A DNA stretch of 32,000 bases from Aciduliprofundum boonei T469 (GCF_000025665.1 NC_013926.1:1020001-1052000), one strand, 5' to 3'. Counted from the first letter of the stretch, positions 15,732 to 27,789 are shown. Numbers and translations are program-made. Notes: generated from the sequence alone by a model not told the origin.

Positions 15732-15939
15732 TTCAAACCTTTTCTTGAGAATAAGGTGCCACAACCCAGCTTATAGTCATGTTTGCATCTTTAGAAGAGA
15801 CCTCTATGGCCAAACCCTTCTGTGAAGGGCAACTTTGGAATTCACTTTGTTCCTTGCTCATTTCTCTCTCCACTCATTTCCTTTTAACTTAAAAATTTCT
15901 TTACGGGTAAAGCCGCTTTCTTTCTAAGAAAAGGGCTTA

Positions 15940-16070
<131 letters not shown>

Positions 16071-16132
16071 ATCAAGATTTGATTTACATGCCTAATGCAT
16101 GTTCAACCACTGGAACTTAAAGGCGTATAAGC

Positions 16133-16864
16133 ATGGTGAATATAAAATTTATGGCAAAGGTTAAAACGATGGTGCATATCTCCATAAATATGGATGTGTT
16201 TCTGGATATGACCGGTACCATAACCGATATGGAGAGCGAGAACATGGCCTTTTTAAAAATGTGCGAGGCCATAGGTAAAAGATTCAATATACAAATGGAT
16301 GGAAAAAAAATTATGGAGCACATTTTGAGATACAGAAAGCCGTTTATGGAGAATAGACATAAAGAGTACTATCCTATAAGAAACCTCATAGCAAAGGCTA
16401 TAGAAGAGATTGTACCTAAAAGATTATGCTCCTCAGATGTTTTTTGGATTATAGATTCTTACTCATACTATCATGCAAGATATGTAAAGCTTGGACCTGG
16501 TGCTTTAGAAGCATTAAAAGAGATTAGAAACATATCGGAACATATGGGGCTAATAACAGATGCCGATACCCCTTATACCAATAAAGTGTTGGAAGCTTTA
16601 GGAATAAAACATTTTTTTGATTCTATCACAACGGCAGAGGATGCTGGAGTTGGCAAACCAAACCCGAAGATTTTCAAAATGGCTTTAAGACATTCTAAGA
16701 GCAATCCTAAGGTATACATAGGAGATTCAGAGTTTAGAGATGTGAAAGGGGCTAAAGATGTGGGAATGATTGCAATAAAAATAGGAAATAATAGTACAGA
16801 GGCAGATTATACAGTTCCAAGTTTAAAAGACGCTATAAAAATATTAAAAACTCTTATTCGGTAA
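16133..16864 (+). CDS. HAD-superfamily hydrolase. The true start is probably the downstream ATG at 16169 or 16190.
   Basis: Motif I is FLDMTGT, the Lys motif is GVGKPNPKIF and motif IV is IGDSEFRDVKGA. Confidence 0.75.
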   Translation: MVNIKFMAKVKTMVHISINMDVFLDMTGTITDMESENMAFLKMCEAIGKRFNIQMDGKKIMEHILRYRKPFMENRHKEYYPIRNLIAKAIEEIVPKRLCSSDVFWIIDSYSYYHARYVKLGPGALEALKEIRNISEHMGLITDADTPYTNKVLEALGIKHFFDSITTAEDAGVGKPNPKIFKMALRHSKSNPKVYIGDSEFRDVKGAKDVGMIAIKIGNNSTEADYTVPSLKDAIKILKTLIR

Positions 16865-17675
16865 CATTTTCAACAACTTTTTTACCCTTATCGGTTATCT
16901 TTAAAAGTATTATTTTATTTATCAAACCCATTTCCTGCAATTTATCGGTTATCTTCTTAAATTCATCTGGGGAAAGTTGATGTTTTCTAAGTATCTCGCC
17001 CACACTAGCACCTTGGTTTATAAGTAAAAGAACTAATCTTTCAGTTTTACTAAGCTTAGATATTATTTGAGAGTACATATACTCTTCTACCATAAGATTG
17101 AACAACTGCCAGAAAAAGTCCCTTTTTAGTGGGGGTGTAATAACATAGATTTCTTTGATTTCATCCTCTTTTTTCTCCTTTATGTATATTACACCCACAT
17201 TTGAGAATCCAGTGGATATCGTTCTCCTTTCTAATTTCAATATGTTTTCAACATTCAAAGTATAATTCGTTGGGGTGAAAATTAGCTCTGAGTTATCCAC
17301 TCTTAAAAATCCCTTGCTCCACTCATCTCCAATTTTATAGCTTATGGAAATGGTCGAGGTTAATAGTGTGAGTAGAGCTTTTTTAAAATGCCTGATGCAA
17401 CTGCCGTATCCTGAGAATAATGCATATATTTTCTCCCTGCTTATTATATCCAAAAATTCTATTAATAATGTAGAGCGCCCCTCTTTTATTGTCGGAAGTG
17501 TTATTCTTTTATCCACACTTATTATTGATATTAGGGGAATTTTGTACTCTTTCTCCCCCACAATTATTATGTCCTTCCTCGTCAAGTATATCTTTCCCTG
17601 TAACCATGGCTTATCCGTATAAACTATAAACCCTCGTCCGTAGGGATATATGTATTCTACATCACATTCAACCAT
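16854..17675 (-). CDS. Hypothetical protein with two PH/GRAM-like repeats and a C-terminal wHTH. It is in an operon with the receiver protein.
   Basis: 273 aa. The two repeat segments are GKIYLTRKDIIIVGEKEYKIPLISIISVDK and GFLRVDNSELIFTPTNYTLNVENILKLERR. The C-terminus reads LSKTERLVLLLINQGASVGEILRKHQLSPDEFKKITDKLQEMGLI. There is a 5-nt gap to the upstream gene. Confidence 0.55.
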   Translation of the reverse strand: MVECDVEYIYPYGRGFIVYTDKPWLQGKIYLTRKDIIIVGEKEYKIPLISIISVDKRITLPTIKEGRSTLLIEFLDIISREKIYALFSGYGSCIRHFKKALLTLLTSTISISYKIGDEWSKGFLRVDNSELIFTPTNYTLNVENILKLERRTISTGFSNVGVIYIKEKKEDEIKEIYVITPPLKRDFFWQLFNLMVEEYMYSQIISKLSKTERLVLLLINQGASVGEILRKHQLSPDEFKKITDKLQEMGLINKIILLKITDKGKKVVENVTE

Positions 17676-17680
17676 TTATT

Positions 17681-18265
17681 CTACCTCTTAATAGTGACGA
17701 ATACTTCGTATTCCTCACCTACCTTTACATCATGTATCTTTAAATTGTCTCTAAGCTTTATCATATCCAAAAACCTATGCATTTCATTCAAGTCCTTAAA
17801 TGAGAACTTGAGCATTCCTGAGCTGTAATCTAAGGTATCCAACACTTCCATTGCCCTATCTGCTGTAAGTGTTTGCATTGGCTCTTCCATTGCCTTCTTA
17901 TAAAGATTTTCGTTTATCTTCTCCTCAAGCTCTCCTAATCTAAATGGCTTTACAAGATAATCATCTGCCCCAGCCTTCATTGCCTCTATCACAGTGTTCA
18001 AATCTTTTATTCCTGTGATGATTATTATAACCACCTGCTTAGAATGGGACCTTATGGATTTTAGCAGCTCCAAGCCGTGCACATCTTTAAGCATCAAATC
18101 CAAAAGAATTACATCTACCCTCTCGCTTTTCTCCAAAATTGACATAGCATTTCTTGCATTCTCTGCAATTTTTACATTAAAACCTCGGTTGGATAGATAC
18201 TGCTTTATCACTTCTGCTAACTCTTTATTATCATCTATAATCACAACATTCAAGCTCCCATTCAT
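17681..18265 (-). CDS. Response regulator: a CheY-like receiver domain plus a ~70-aa uncharacterised C-terminal domain.
   Basis: REC signature residues are present: IDD, LLDLML (phospho-Asp), ITG and VKPF. Confidence 0.85.
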   Translation of the reverse strand: MNGSLNVVIIDDNKELAEVIKQYLSNRGFNVKIAENARNAMSILEKSERVDVILLDLMLKDVHGLELLKSIRSHSKQVVIIIITGIKDLNTVIEAMKAGADDYLVKPFRLGELEEKINENLYKKAMEEPMQTLTADRAMEVLDTLDYSSGMLKFSFKDLNEMHRFLDMIKLRDNLKIHDVKVGEEYEVFVTIKR

Positions 18266-18329
18266 AGTTAAAGATTAAAAAAGAAAATATAAATTCGTTT
18301 CTAAGCCATTATCAAAAACGATAATCAAT

Positions 18330-19232
18330 ATGGACATCATTTTTATACTCTTATCAAATACGCTTCTTGTGTATTATTTGCACATATTTGACCCGTGGAA
18401 TTTTCCGCTATGCACCTGCCCGGAAAAGTACAGCGTGGACCCGTATACTGGGTGTGAGCATAGATGCATTTATTGCTACATAACCTCTTACATCCCAGAT
18501 CCATGGAGAGTTCGCCCAAAGAGAGATTTTCTCAGGCTCTTTGAGAGAGATTTGAAAAAAGCAAAAAAATTACCAATCTCGATGAGCAATTCTTCAGATC
18601 CTTATCCCAAAGTGGAAAGGGAGAAAAGAATAACAAGAGGAGCTTTAGAACTTATGAAAAAATATGATTTCCCTGTATTGGTACTCACAAAATCCAATCT
18701 TGTAGAAAGAGACGCAGATATACTTTCCTCTATGAGCAGCGTGGTTGCAATAACGATTACAACCCTTGATGATAACTTGGCAAAGAGGTTAGAGCCCATG
18801 GCTCCAAGCCCGGAGAAGAGATTAAAAGCCTTAGAATATCTCGTTTCAAAGGGGGTGCATACAATAGTTAGACTCGACCCGATAATCCCAACCATAAATG
18901 ATAATATACTGGAAATTGAACATTTGATTAAAGCTCTCGCTAACATAGGTGTTGAGCAAATAATAAGCTCCACATACAAGGCCAAGCCAGACAATTTCTC
19001 AAGAATAACTGGAGTGTTTAAGAACTCAGCTTACAAACTGAGAGAAATATACTACCAAGACGGGGAAATTGTAAGAGGGATTAGGTATGCTCCAAAAGAA
19101 CTGAGATTTAAAATTCTAAAAAATGTGAGAGATTTGGCAAATAAATACGGCATACCTTTTTCAGTATGCAGGGAGGGGTTACCTCTCAATACCGCAAGTA
19201 CTTGCGATGGTAGTCATTTGCTATATGTTTAA
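18330..19232 (+). CDS. Radical SAM protein (COG1533/SplB-like 'DNA repair photolyase' group).
   Basis: It has the cluster motif CEHRCIYCY (CxxxCxxC) and a size and architecture consistent with the SPL-like family. Confidence 0.65.
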   Translation: MDIIFILLSNTLLVYYLHIFDPWNFPLCTCPEKYSVDPYTGCEHRCIYCYITSYIPDPWRVRPKRDFLRLFERDLKKAKKLPISMSNSSDPYPKVEREKRITRGALELMKKYDFPVLVLTKSNLVERDADILSSMSSVVAITITTLDDNLAKRLEPMAPSPEKRLKALEYLVSKGVHTIVRLDPIIPTINDNILEIEHLIKALANIGVEQIISSTYKAKPDNFSRITGVFKNSAYKLREIYYQDGEIVRGIRYAPKELRFKILKNVRDLANKYGIPFSVCREGLPLNTASTCDGSHLLYV

Positions 19233-19256
19233 ATCCAATAAGGATATATCTTAATT

Positions 19257-20519
19257 ATGACCTACATAGATTTGAATTATCAGCCCAGAGAGAGTGATTT
19301 ATTAGTTTGGTTCCGCGCTGAGCCACCTGCAGGCAAGGATATGAAGTATGTGGCGGATAGAATTGCGGAGGAATCATCCATAGGTACTTGGACAGACCTC
19401 AAAACCCTATTGCCTGAAATATGGGAAAAACTGAGAGCAAGAGTATATGAAATTGATGAGAAGAATAAGTATGTTAAAATCGCATATCCATTGCATTTAT
19501 TTGAAATAAAAAATATGCCAGCAATACTGGCAAGTGTAGCCGGTAATGTATTCGGCATGAAGAGCGTAGAAGCCCTTCGTGTTTTGGATATAAGATTCCC
19601 AAAAGAGTTGATTCAAGGGTATTTAGGACCAAAATACGGAGTACAAGGTGTAAGGGAAATGACCAAGGTCTATGATAGACCATTTCTCGGCACGATAATC
19701 AAACCCAAGATAGGTCTACCTGCGAAAATGCATGCTGAAGTGGCCTATGAAGCATGGGTTGGGGGATTGGATATTGTCAAAGATGATGAAAACCTAGCTT
19801 CACAGGAATTTAACAGATTTGAAGAGCGTCTTGCCCTAACTCTAGAAAAGAAAGACATTGCAGAGGAAGAAACTGGAGAGAAGAAGATTTACCTTGTGAA
19901 TATAACTGCCCCCTATAAAGAGATGATTCGCCGTGCAGAATTAGTGCAAGATTCTGGCAACGAGTTTGTTATGATTGATGTGTTCATATCTGGTTTCTCC
20001 GCGGTGCAAAGCTACAGAGAGGAAGGTTTTAAAATGGCCATCCATGCACATAGAGCGATGCATGCGGCGATAACAAGAAATCCTGAGCATGGGATAAATA
20101 TGCTCACGCTTGCAAAAGTGTATAGGCTTTTGGGCGTGGACAATTTGCACATAGGTACAGCAGTGGGCAAGATGGAAGGAAGTGCAAAGGAAGTGAGCGA
20201 AATAAGGGAGGAAATACAGCTTGAGAATGTGCCCGCAAATGAAAGCAGATTTGAACAAAAATGGTATGAAATAAAACCCGTGCTCGCTGTTGCTTCTGGT
20301 GGTTTACATCCAGGCCATGTCCCCGCTGTAGTTGATATTTTAGGAAAGGATATAGTTATCCAGGCCGGAGGTGGAGTCCATGGGCATCCAGAAGGCACTA
20401 GGGCTGGTGCGAAGGCAATGCGAGAGGCGTTAGAGGCGAAGATGCAGGGTATTCCGCTGGAAGAATACGCGAAGGAGCACAAAGAATTGAGAGAAGCACT
20501 TGAAAAATTCTTACACTGA
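19257..20519 (+). CDS. rbcL: Ribulose-1,5-bisphosphate carboxylase/oxygenase large subunit, archaeal form III.
   Basis: Motifs present: GTIIKPKIGL, GGLDIVKDDENL (carbamyl-Lys/Asp/Glu), HAHRAMHAA, SGGLHPGH and QAGGGVHGHP. There is no small-subunit gene. Confidence 0.9.
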   Translation: MTYIDLNYQPRESDLLVWFRAEPPAGKDMKYVADRIAEESSIGTWTDLKTLLPEIWEKLRARVYEIDEKNKYVKIAYPLHLFEIKNMPAILASVAGNVFGMKSVEALRVLDIRFPKELIQGYLGPKYGVQGVREMTKVYDRPFLGTIIKPKIGLPAKMHAEVAYEAWVGGLDIVKDDENLASQEFNRFEERLALTLEKKDIAEEETGEKKIYLVNITAPYKEMIRRAELVQDSGNEFVMIDVFISGFSAVQSYREEGFKMAIHAHRAMHAAITRNPEHGINMLTLAKVYRLLGVDNLHIGTAVGKMEGSAKEVSEIREEIQLENVPANESRFEQKWYEIKPVLAVASGGLHPGHVPAVVDILGKDIVIQAGGGVHGHPEGTRAGAKAMREALEAKMQGIPLEEYAKEHKELREALEKFLH

Positions 20520-20521
20520 TC

Positions 20522-22066
20522 TCAAATTCTCTTTGCCATGTACGGTCCTAATCTCTCGTAGCCGAGTTTACGATAGTAATTCCTCACTCCAATACCGCTT
20601 ATTACCACCACCCGAGCCACTCCCCATTCTTCTTTAGAAATTCTCTCTGCCTCATTCATCAGCTCTTTCCCGAATCCGCGGTGCTGCCATGCCTCTTTCT
20701 CTTTTTCCCCCACAGGCACTTCTTTTCCAAATACCTTTACCTCCCGAACAATAGCGGCGTTGCGCATCTCACTACGATGAGCATATTTGCTAGGCAATCT
20801 TAAACGGAGAAATGCTGCTATTGAATCGGCATCCTTATCTTCAAAAGATAAGAAAACTTCTTTACCTGAAGAGGCATTATAATCCCTGCGTATCATTTCA
20901 AAATTATTTCCTCCTTTACGGCCAACTTCTCTGCATCTTATATCCGGGCATCTTATTCCCCTTTTTTCCATTTCTTTAAGAACTATTGCCCTCAAATCTC
21001 CTTTTTTCACCCCCGCCTCTATGAACTTTGCTGGAATATCCCTCTGGATTCTCTGTATGCGAACCCATGGGGGAACGATGCTTATCACCTTGATTAATAA
21101 CTCCACCATTTCCTCGAGAGTGTAGGGCTCGTATTCTCCCTTTTTCCACATTTCATAAAGCTCCGTGCCTTTTACAACCAAAGTAGGATAAATTTTGAGC
21201 ATATCTGGCCTGAAATTCGGATTTTCAAATATCTCTTTAAATGCCTTGTAATCCCTCTCAAGAGAGCTTCCAGGCAGACCTGGCATCATATGATAATTGA
21301 TTTTGAAACCTGCATCCTTTGCAAGCCGAGTAGCAAGAATGCTCTCTCTTATTGTATGTCCTCTTTTCACTTTTTCCAAAATATCATCGTAGACCGTTTG
21401 TATCCCAAGCTCAACTCTTGTTGCTCCTAATTTCAAAGCAAAATCAATCTCTTTTTCCATGAACCAATCAGGACGGGTCTCAACTGTAAGCCCTATGCAT
21501 CTGTTCTTTGCATCCTCGTTAATCAGCTGTGCTTCTTCCAAGTTCTTGGCATCCACGCCATTCATAGCATCAAAAGCACGCTTAACGAACCACTCCTGAT
21601 AGCTTTGAGGCCTGGCTGTGAATGTGCCCCCCATAATGATGAGGTCAATTTTATCAGTTGGATGTCCTATTGCTCTCAATTGCTCTATTCTCGCCCTTGT
21701 CTGCTCGTATGGGTCAAAATTATACTGTGCAGCCCTAAGTGCTGCTGGCTCGTGCCCTGTGTAACTCTGGGCAGTGCCTTTCTCAGGACCGCCTGGGCAG
21801 TATATACATTTTCCATGTGGACATGGGAATGGAGAAGTCATAATCGCCACGACAGCCACGCCACTTAGAGTGCGAGAGGGCTTTTTAACTAAAATGCTAT
21901 GATATCTTTCAACAATATCTTTGGGTAGGTGTTTCATAATCTCAGAATTTCTCGGGTTGGGAATCCTGTACTTCTTTGCAATTCTGCTCTTCCACTTCTC
22001 CAAATCCTCCTTGCTCTTTATCTCACCTTTCCGAAAAATTTGCGCTATGTCTTCATAGAATCCCAC
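20522..22066 (-). CDS. elp3: Elp3-type tRNA U34 modification enzyme (radical SAM plus GNAT acetyltransferase).
   Basis: It has the cluster CPHGKCIYCPGG, a radical-SAM core and the C-terminal GNAT motif QHRGFGKELM. It is 514 aa long. Confidence 0.85.
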   Translation of the reverse strand: MGFYEDIAQIFRKGEIKSKEDLEKWKSRIAKKYRIPNPRNSEIMKHLPKDIVERYHSILVKKPSRTLSGVAVVAIMTSPFPCPHGKCIYCPGGPEKGTAQSYTGHEPAALRAAQYNFDPYEQTRARIEQLRAIGHPTDKIDLIIMGGTFTARPQSYQEWFVKRAFDAMNGVDAKNLEEAQLINEDAKNRCIGLTVETRPDWFMEKEIDFALKLGATRVELGIQTVYDDILEKVKRGHTIRESILATRLAKDAGFKINYHMMPGLPGSSLERDYKAFKEIFENPNFRPDMLKIYPTLVVKGTELYEMWKKGEYEPYTLEEMVELLIKVISIVPPWVRIQRIQRDIPAKFIEAGVKKGDLRAIVLKEMEKRGIRCPDIRCREVGRKGGNNFEMIRRDYNASSGKEVFLSFEDKDADSIAAFLRLRLPSKYAHRSEMRNAAIVREVKVFGKEVPVGEKEKEAWQHRGFGKELMNEAERISKEEWGVARVVVISGIGVRNYYRKLGYERLGPYMAKRI

Positions 22067-22137
22067 ACACTTCCATGTAAATGCCCTTTTTAATTTTTCT
22101 ATAGAAAATTTGAAATTTGAAAAGGAGATTTAGAAAT

Positions 22138-22848
22138 ATGATTGTAAAATACCGTTTCTGGTTTGAATCTCCAGCAGGCTATGTTTTTGGTCCAGGAAGT
22201 TATCAGATTCTCAAAGAGATTGAAAAAACAGGAAGTTTGAGAAAAGCAGCCAGCAATCTTGGGATGTCTTATAGACATGCTTGGGGATTGATAAAAGAAA
22301 TCGAGGAAAATTTAGGAGTAAAAATAATAACCTCTCATCGTGGTGGAAGAGAAGGAGGAGAGAGCACGATCACAGAAGAGGGTATCAAACTGCTTAGAGA
22401 ATATGAAAAATATGAAAAAGTGTTTGATTATGTTATCAAGCATCCATACATCAAACCTTCAATAACTGTAGATGGCATATTGGTGGAAGATGAGAAGATT
22501 CTGCTGGTAAAGAGGGGCAGAGAACCATTTAAGGGTATGTATGCACTTCCCGGAGGATTTGTAGAGTATGGGGAGAGAACTGAAGATGCAATAGTAAGAG
22601 AGATGGAAGAGGAAACGGGATTAAAAACGGAAATTATAGGGCTAGTTGGAGTTTATTCTGACCCAAAAAGAGATCCTAGGGACCATACTATAACCGTGGT
22701 GTATGAGCTAAGAAGATTGGGGGGTAAATTAAAGGGTGGCGATGATGCAACCTATGCTACTATGTTCCCCTTAAATGCTCTTCCTGAGTTGGCATTTGAC
22801 CATGCAAAAATTATTGAGGATTTTAAAAATATGAAATTTAATAGATAA
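22138..22848 (+). CDS. Fusion of a ModE/LysR-type N-terminal HTH domain and a Nudix hydrolase.
   Basis: The ATG at 22138 is preceded by AAGGAGAT (the track start at 22117 is TTG). The HTH reads GSLRKAASNLGMSYRHAWGLIKEIEENLGVKII. The Nudix box is intact: GGFVEYGERTEDAIVREMEEETGL. Confidence 0.75.
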   Translation: MIVKYRFWFESPAGYVFGPGSYQILKEIEKTGSLRKAASNLGMSYRHAWGLIKEIEENLGVKIITSHRGGREGGESTITEEGIKLLREYEKYEKVFDYVIKHPYIKPSITVDGILVEDEKILLVKRGREPFKGMYALPGGFVEYGERTEDAIVREMEEETGLKTEIIGLVGVYSDPKRDPRDHTITVVYELRRLGGKLKGGDDATYATMFPLNALPELAFDHAKIIEDFKNMKFNR

Positions 22849-23263
22849 CTATGCTCTTTAGAGGGAAGTGTCTGCTTATGATTTCCTTGGCTAACTTTAG
22901 ATTTCTACCCTCTTTCCCTATCGCCCTTGCTTTGTCTCTCGGATCTACGAACACCGTTATGCTGAATTGATTATCTACATTCTCCACCTTTATATTTTTC
23001 ACATGAAATCTATGGAAAATGTTCTTGGTAAATACCACTATATCTGGAGAGTATTCAACTACCATCACATTTTTCTTGATTAAATTGCGCACTGTTTGAA
23101 TCTTTGAGCCATTGTTCTCAAGCGCCTTTCTCAAGTTCCTTGGATACACTACGAATACAATTAGATTATCGCTTTCAATGCAGTCCTTAACTTGAGCATT
23201 AGTGGCGGCCTCAAATATGGATATGTAGCGAAGCGTCTGTGCGTCAAGTTTGATATTTACCAT
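22838..23263 (-). CDS. nusA: Archaeal NusA-like transcription factor (two KH domains).
   Basis: 141 aa, with DKARAIGKEGRNLKLAKEI. Its position after rpl30e is conserved in archaeal rpo operons. Confidence 0.85.
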   Translation of the reverse strand: MVNIKLDAQTLRYISIFEAATNAQVKDCIESDNLIVFVVYPRNLRKALENNGSKIQTVRNLIKKNVMVVEYSPDIVVFTKNIFHRFHVKNIKVENVDNQFSITVFVDPRDKARAIGKEGRNLKLAKEIISRHFPLKSIVIY

Positions 23264-23550
23264 TATTTCACCATGCGCAATAATCTACCCTCTCCCTCAT
23301 CCACTATAGTTAGAACTGAAACATTGAAGGGCTTTCCGCAAAGTGCTCCAAGCTCTATGCCGTCTCCATCAAACATGATTTTGGGTATGTTCCAGTTCTG
23401 CACTTCTTCCTTTTCTGGGCAATTATCAGCTACAATTATCAATTTTGCTTCTCCTCTATCTATAGCTTTCCTCGCCTGCTTTACTCCATAATAAACCTTT
23501 CCCGTATTGAGTATCTTTTTTAGTTCTTTTCTTATATCTTCCCTATTCAT
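23263..23550 (-). CDS. rpl30e: Ribosomal protein eL30 (L30e).
   Basis: 95 aa, with GKVYYGVKQARKAIDRGEAKLIIVADNCP, and located in the conserved rpo operon. Confidence 0.9.
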   Translation of the reverse strand: MNREDIRKELKKILNTGKVYYGVKQARKAIDRGEAKLIIVADNCPEKEEVQNWNIPKIMFDGDGIELGALCGKPFNVSVLTIVDEGEGRLLRMVK

Positions 23551-25101
<1,551 letters not shown>

Positions 25102-27789
25102 TTACTTCCTCCTCCTTAAAAGATACTTGTCTCCAAGAACATCCGTTAGAATCTCATCCATATTTACATTTTCTCCACCTGAACTGCGAGTGGGGTCAAC
25201 ACCATCCTCTCCGTAAATGAACTGCACAACATTGCCCGCAGTATCCACAACTTTTCCATCCTCTATAACTTTCAAATCCTCAAGGGCATTGATTAATCTT
25301 CTCTGCATATAACCACTGCGGGATGTACGAACTGCAGTATCCACTAAGCCCTCTCGTCCACCCATTGAGTGGAAGAAATACTCTGTTGGACTCAAGCCCT
25401 TCTTGTAAGAGGATTCTACAAATCCCCTTGCTAGGGCACCTAAATCTCCACGTTTAAAATGTGGTAGCGTGCGATCTTGATAACCGCGATGTAATCTTTG
25501 ACCTCTCACAGACTGCTGTCCAATGCTTCCAGCCATCTGGGATAGGTTGAGCATGGATGCTCTAGCTCCGCTTCTTGCCATAATAACCGATGAATTCTCT
25601 AAACCTAAATGCTTGCTAGCTATCTTACCCGCTTCATCTCTTGCATGTGCTAGCACGCGCATTATCTCCATTTCTAAAGTTTCTTCTACACTTCTTCCAG
25701 GAGCTGGTTGCAATAGGCCTTGCTTATATAATTCAATCAATTCGTCCGTTTTCTTTATTGATTCTTTTATTATTTCATGAATCTGGATAATAGCCTCTTC
25801 AGGTATATCTTCATCATCTATTCCTGAAGTGAAACCGCGATAGGATATTACTCCCACTGCCAATCTTGTCATATTGTCTATGAACTCACGCGCTTCTTTG
25901 CTACCTCTTTTTGCTATTCTATCAAGCAATTTACCCTTCATTGAACCAATCGCATTTTCATCTATTGTACCTGCCACAAGTTTTCCATTGCGAATTACCA
26001 CATAAGCATCTATCGGGCAAGCTTCATGCACACATTTGTTGTTGCACACAGATGGGTCACAAATCTTGCTCTTGAATTCCATATTTAAATCCTTTGGAAG
26101 AATTAAGGAGAATAGCTCTTTGCCGTAGTAAAATTCGTTTCCATTCTCGTCCTTATGCGGCTCTGGAAGCTCGTCATAATCCAAGTAAGATAGCATATGG
26201 ATTGCTTGCTCCTTTGTGAATTTTGGATTTTTATGAGTAAGCAAGAACATTGCAGTTATGTGGTCGTGTATGCCGCCTATAATCGGACCACCAAATCTCG
26301 GAGATAAAATATGCTCTTGCACAAGCATTAAAATCTTCGCTTCAGCCCTTGCCTCCTCGCTCTGGAGCACATGAAGATTCATCTCATCTCCATCGAAATC
26401 AGCATTATAAGGTGGGCAAACTGCAAGGTTGAAGCGGAATGTGCGATTTGGCATGACTTTTACGAGATGACCCATCATGCTCATCCTATGCAGAGATGGC
26501 TGCCTATTAAACAGCACTACATCCCCATCTATGAGATGCCTCTCTACAACCCAGCCGATATCAAGTTTCTTTGAGACATCTTCTGCATTTCTATCTGTTA
26601 TCTTTATCCTCCTTCCATCAGGTCTAATAACATAATTTGCACCTGGCAGGTATTTATCTCCCTTTGGATTTGAACCTCTTCTAACAATTTCTTTCATCTT
26701 CTCAATATTATACTCCGTAACTGTTATAGGTACAGTAAGCTCTCTAGCAGCCGCCTCAGGCACGCCAACTTCATTTATCGAAAGAAATGGTTCTGGGGAT
26801 ATGACTGTACGGGCTGAGAAATTAACTCTCTTACCAGACAAGTTGGATCTGAATCTTCCTTCTTTTCCTTTCAGACGCTGCACAAGAGTTTTGAGAGGTC
26901 TGCCACTGCGATGCCTTGCAGGTGGTATACCAGAGGTTTGATTATCAAAGTAGGTGGTAACATGGTACTGCAAGAGTTCCCATAAATCTTCAATTATGAG
27001 TTGTGGTGCTCCACTGTCTCTGTTTTCTCTCAATCTTTGGTTGATCCTTATTATATCCACGAGCTTGTGCGTTAAATCATCTTCGCTTCTCTCTCCCGTT
27101 TCGAGGGTTATAGTGGGCCTCACATTGACGGGGGGCACAGGAAGAACAGTCAGAACCATCCACTCAGGCCTAGCAGTTTCGGGATTCATTCCAAGTAAAG
27201 GTAGATCCTCGTCAGGTATGCGCTCCAATCTCTCACGAATCTCCTTTGGAGTTAATTTTCTGCCCTCTTCTCTAAATGTTGTAGGCTTGTCCAGTGTGAT
27301 TTTTTTCTGTTCTGCACCACAATGAGGACATATTGGGCGAGAGGAGGCATCATCTATTATCTTCTTTGTTATAAAGAGCAATTCTAATGGCGAGGCTCCC
27401 ATTTTCTTCGCTTCTTCTATCTTCTGCTTGTAAATTTCAATTTCATCATCCTTGAGCTTTATCCTGCCACATTCACGACAGGTAGCATCAAGGTAATTTT
27501 TAATGTTTTTTACGAAACCCACATGGATGACCGGCATAGCGAGTTCTATATGCCCAAAGTGTCCAGGGCATTCATCTACCTTACCTCCGCATGTTTTGCA
27601 TCTCAATCCAGGCTCAATTACGCCCATGTGCAAGTCCATAAGGCCCTTGTCTATGGGAAAACCGTCATCATCATAGGTATCTGCTGTTATTACCTTTACT
27701 GCACTCATTCTCCTAATCTCTTCGGGAGATAATAAAGCGAATTTTATGGAATTAATTCTCTTTGTCAATCCAAAAATGTGATGGCTCAT
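25102..27789 (-). CDS. rpoA1: DNA-directed RNA polymerase subunit A'.
   Basis: It has the catalytic [10 protein letters not shown] motif and N-terminal Zn motifs (CKTCGG..CPGHFGH). It is 895 aa long. Confidence 0.97.
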   Translation of the reverse strand: MSHHIFGLTKRINSIKFALLSPEEIRRMSAVKVITADTYDDDGFPIDKGLMDLHMGVIEPGLRCKTCGGKVDECPGHFGHIELAMPVIHVGFVKNIKNYLDATCRECGRIKLKDDEIEIYKQKIEEAKKMGASPLELLFITKKIIDDASSRPICPHCGAEQKKITLDKPTTFREEGRKLTPKEIRERLERIPDEDLPLLGMNPETARPEWMVLTVLPVPPVNVRPTITLETGERSEDDLTHKLVDIIRINQRLRENRDSGAPQLIIEDLWELLQYHVTTYFDNQTSGIPPARHRSGRPLKTLVQRLKGKEGRFRSNLSGKRVNFSARTVISPEPFLSINEVGVPEAAARELTVPITVTEYNIEKMKEIVRRGSNPKGDKYLPGANYVIRPDGRRIKITDRNAEDVSKKLDIGWVVERHLIDGDVVLFNRQPSLHRMSMMGHLVKVMPNRTFRFNLAVCPPYNADFDGDEMNLHVLQSEEARAEAKILMLVQEHILSPRFGGPIIGGIHDHITAMFLLTHKNPKFTKEQAIHMLSYLDYDELPEPHKDENGNEFYYGKELFSLILPKDLNMEFKSKICDPSVCNNKCVHEACPIDAYVVIRNGKLVAGTIDENAIGSMKGKLLDRIAKRGSKEAREFIDNMTRLAVGVISYRGFTSGIDDEDIPEEAIIQIHEIIKESIKKTDELIELYKQGLLQPAPGRSVEETLEMEIMRVLAHARDEAGKIASKHLGLENSSVIMARSGARASMLNLSQMAGSIGQQSVRGQRLHRGYQDRTLPHFKRGDLGALARGFVESSYKKGLSPTEYFFHSMGGREGLVDTAVRTSRSGYMQRRLINALEDLKVIEDGKVVDTAGNVVQFIYGEDGVDPTRSSGGENVNMDEILTDVLGDKYLLRRRK

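Noticed and set aside
15733-15861. A 42-aa minus-strand ORF (MSKEQSEFQSCPSQKGLAIEVSSKDANMTISWVVAPYSQEKV) between archease and tRNA-Glu.
   Set aside because: It has no recognisable family, only a weak SD, and sits in a tRNA trailer. The evidence is too thin to call a gene.
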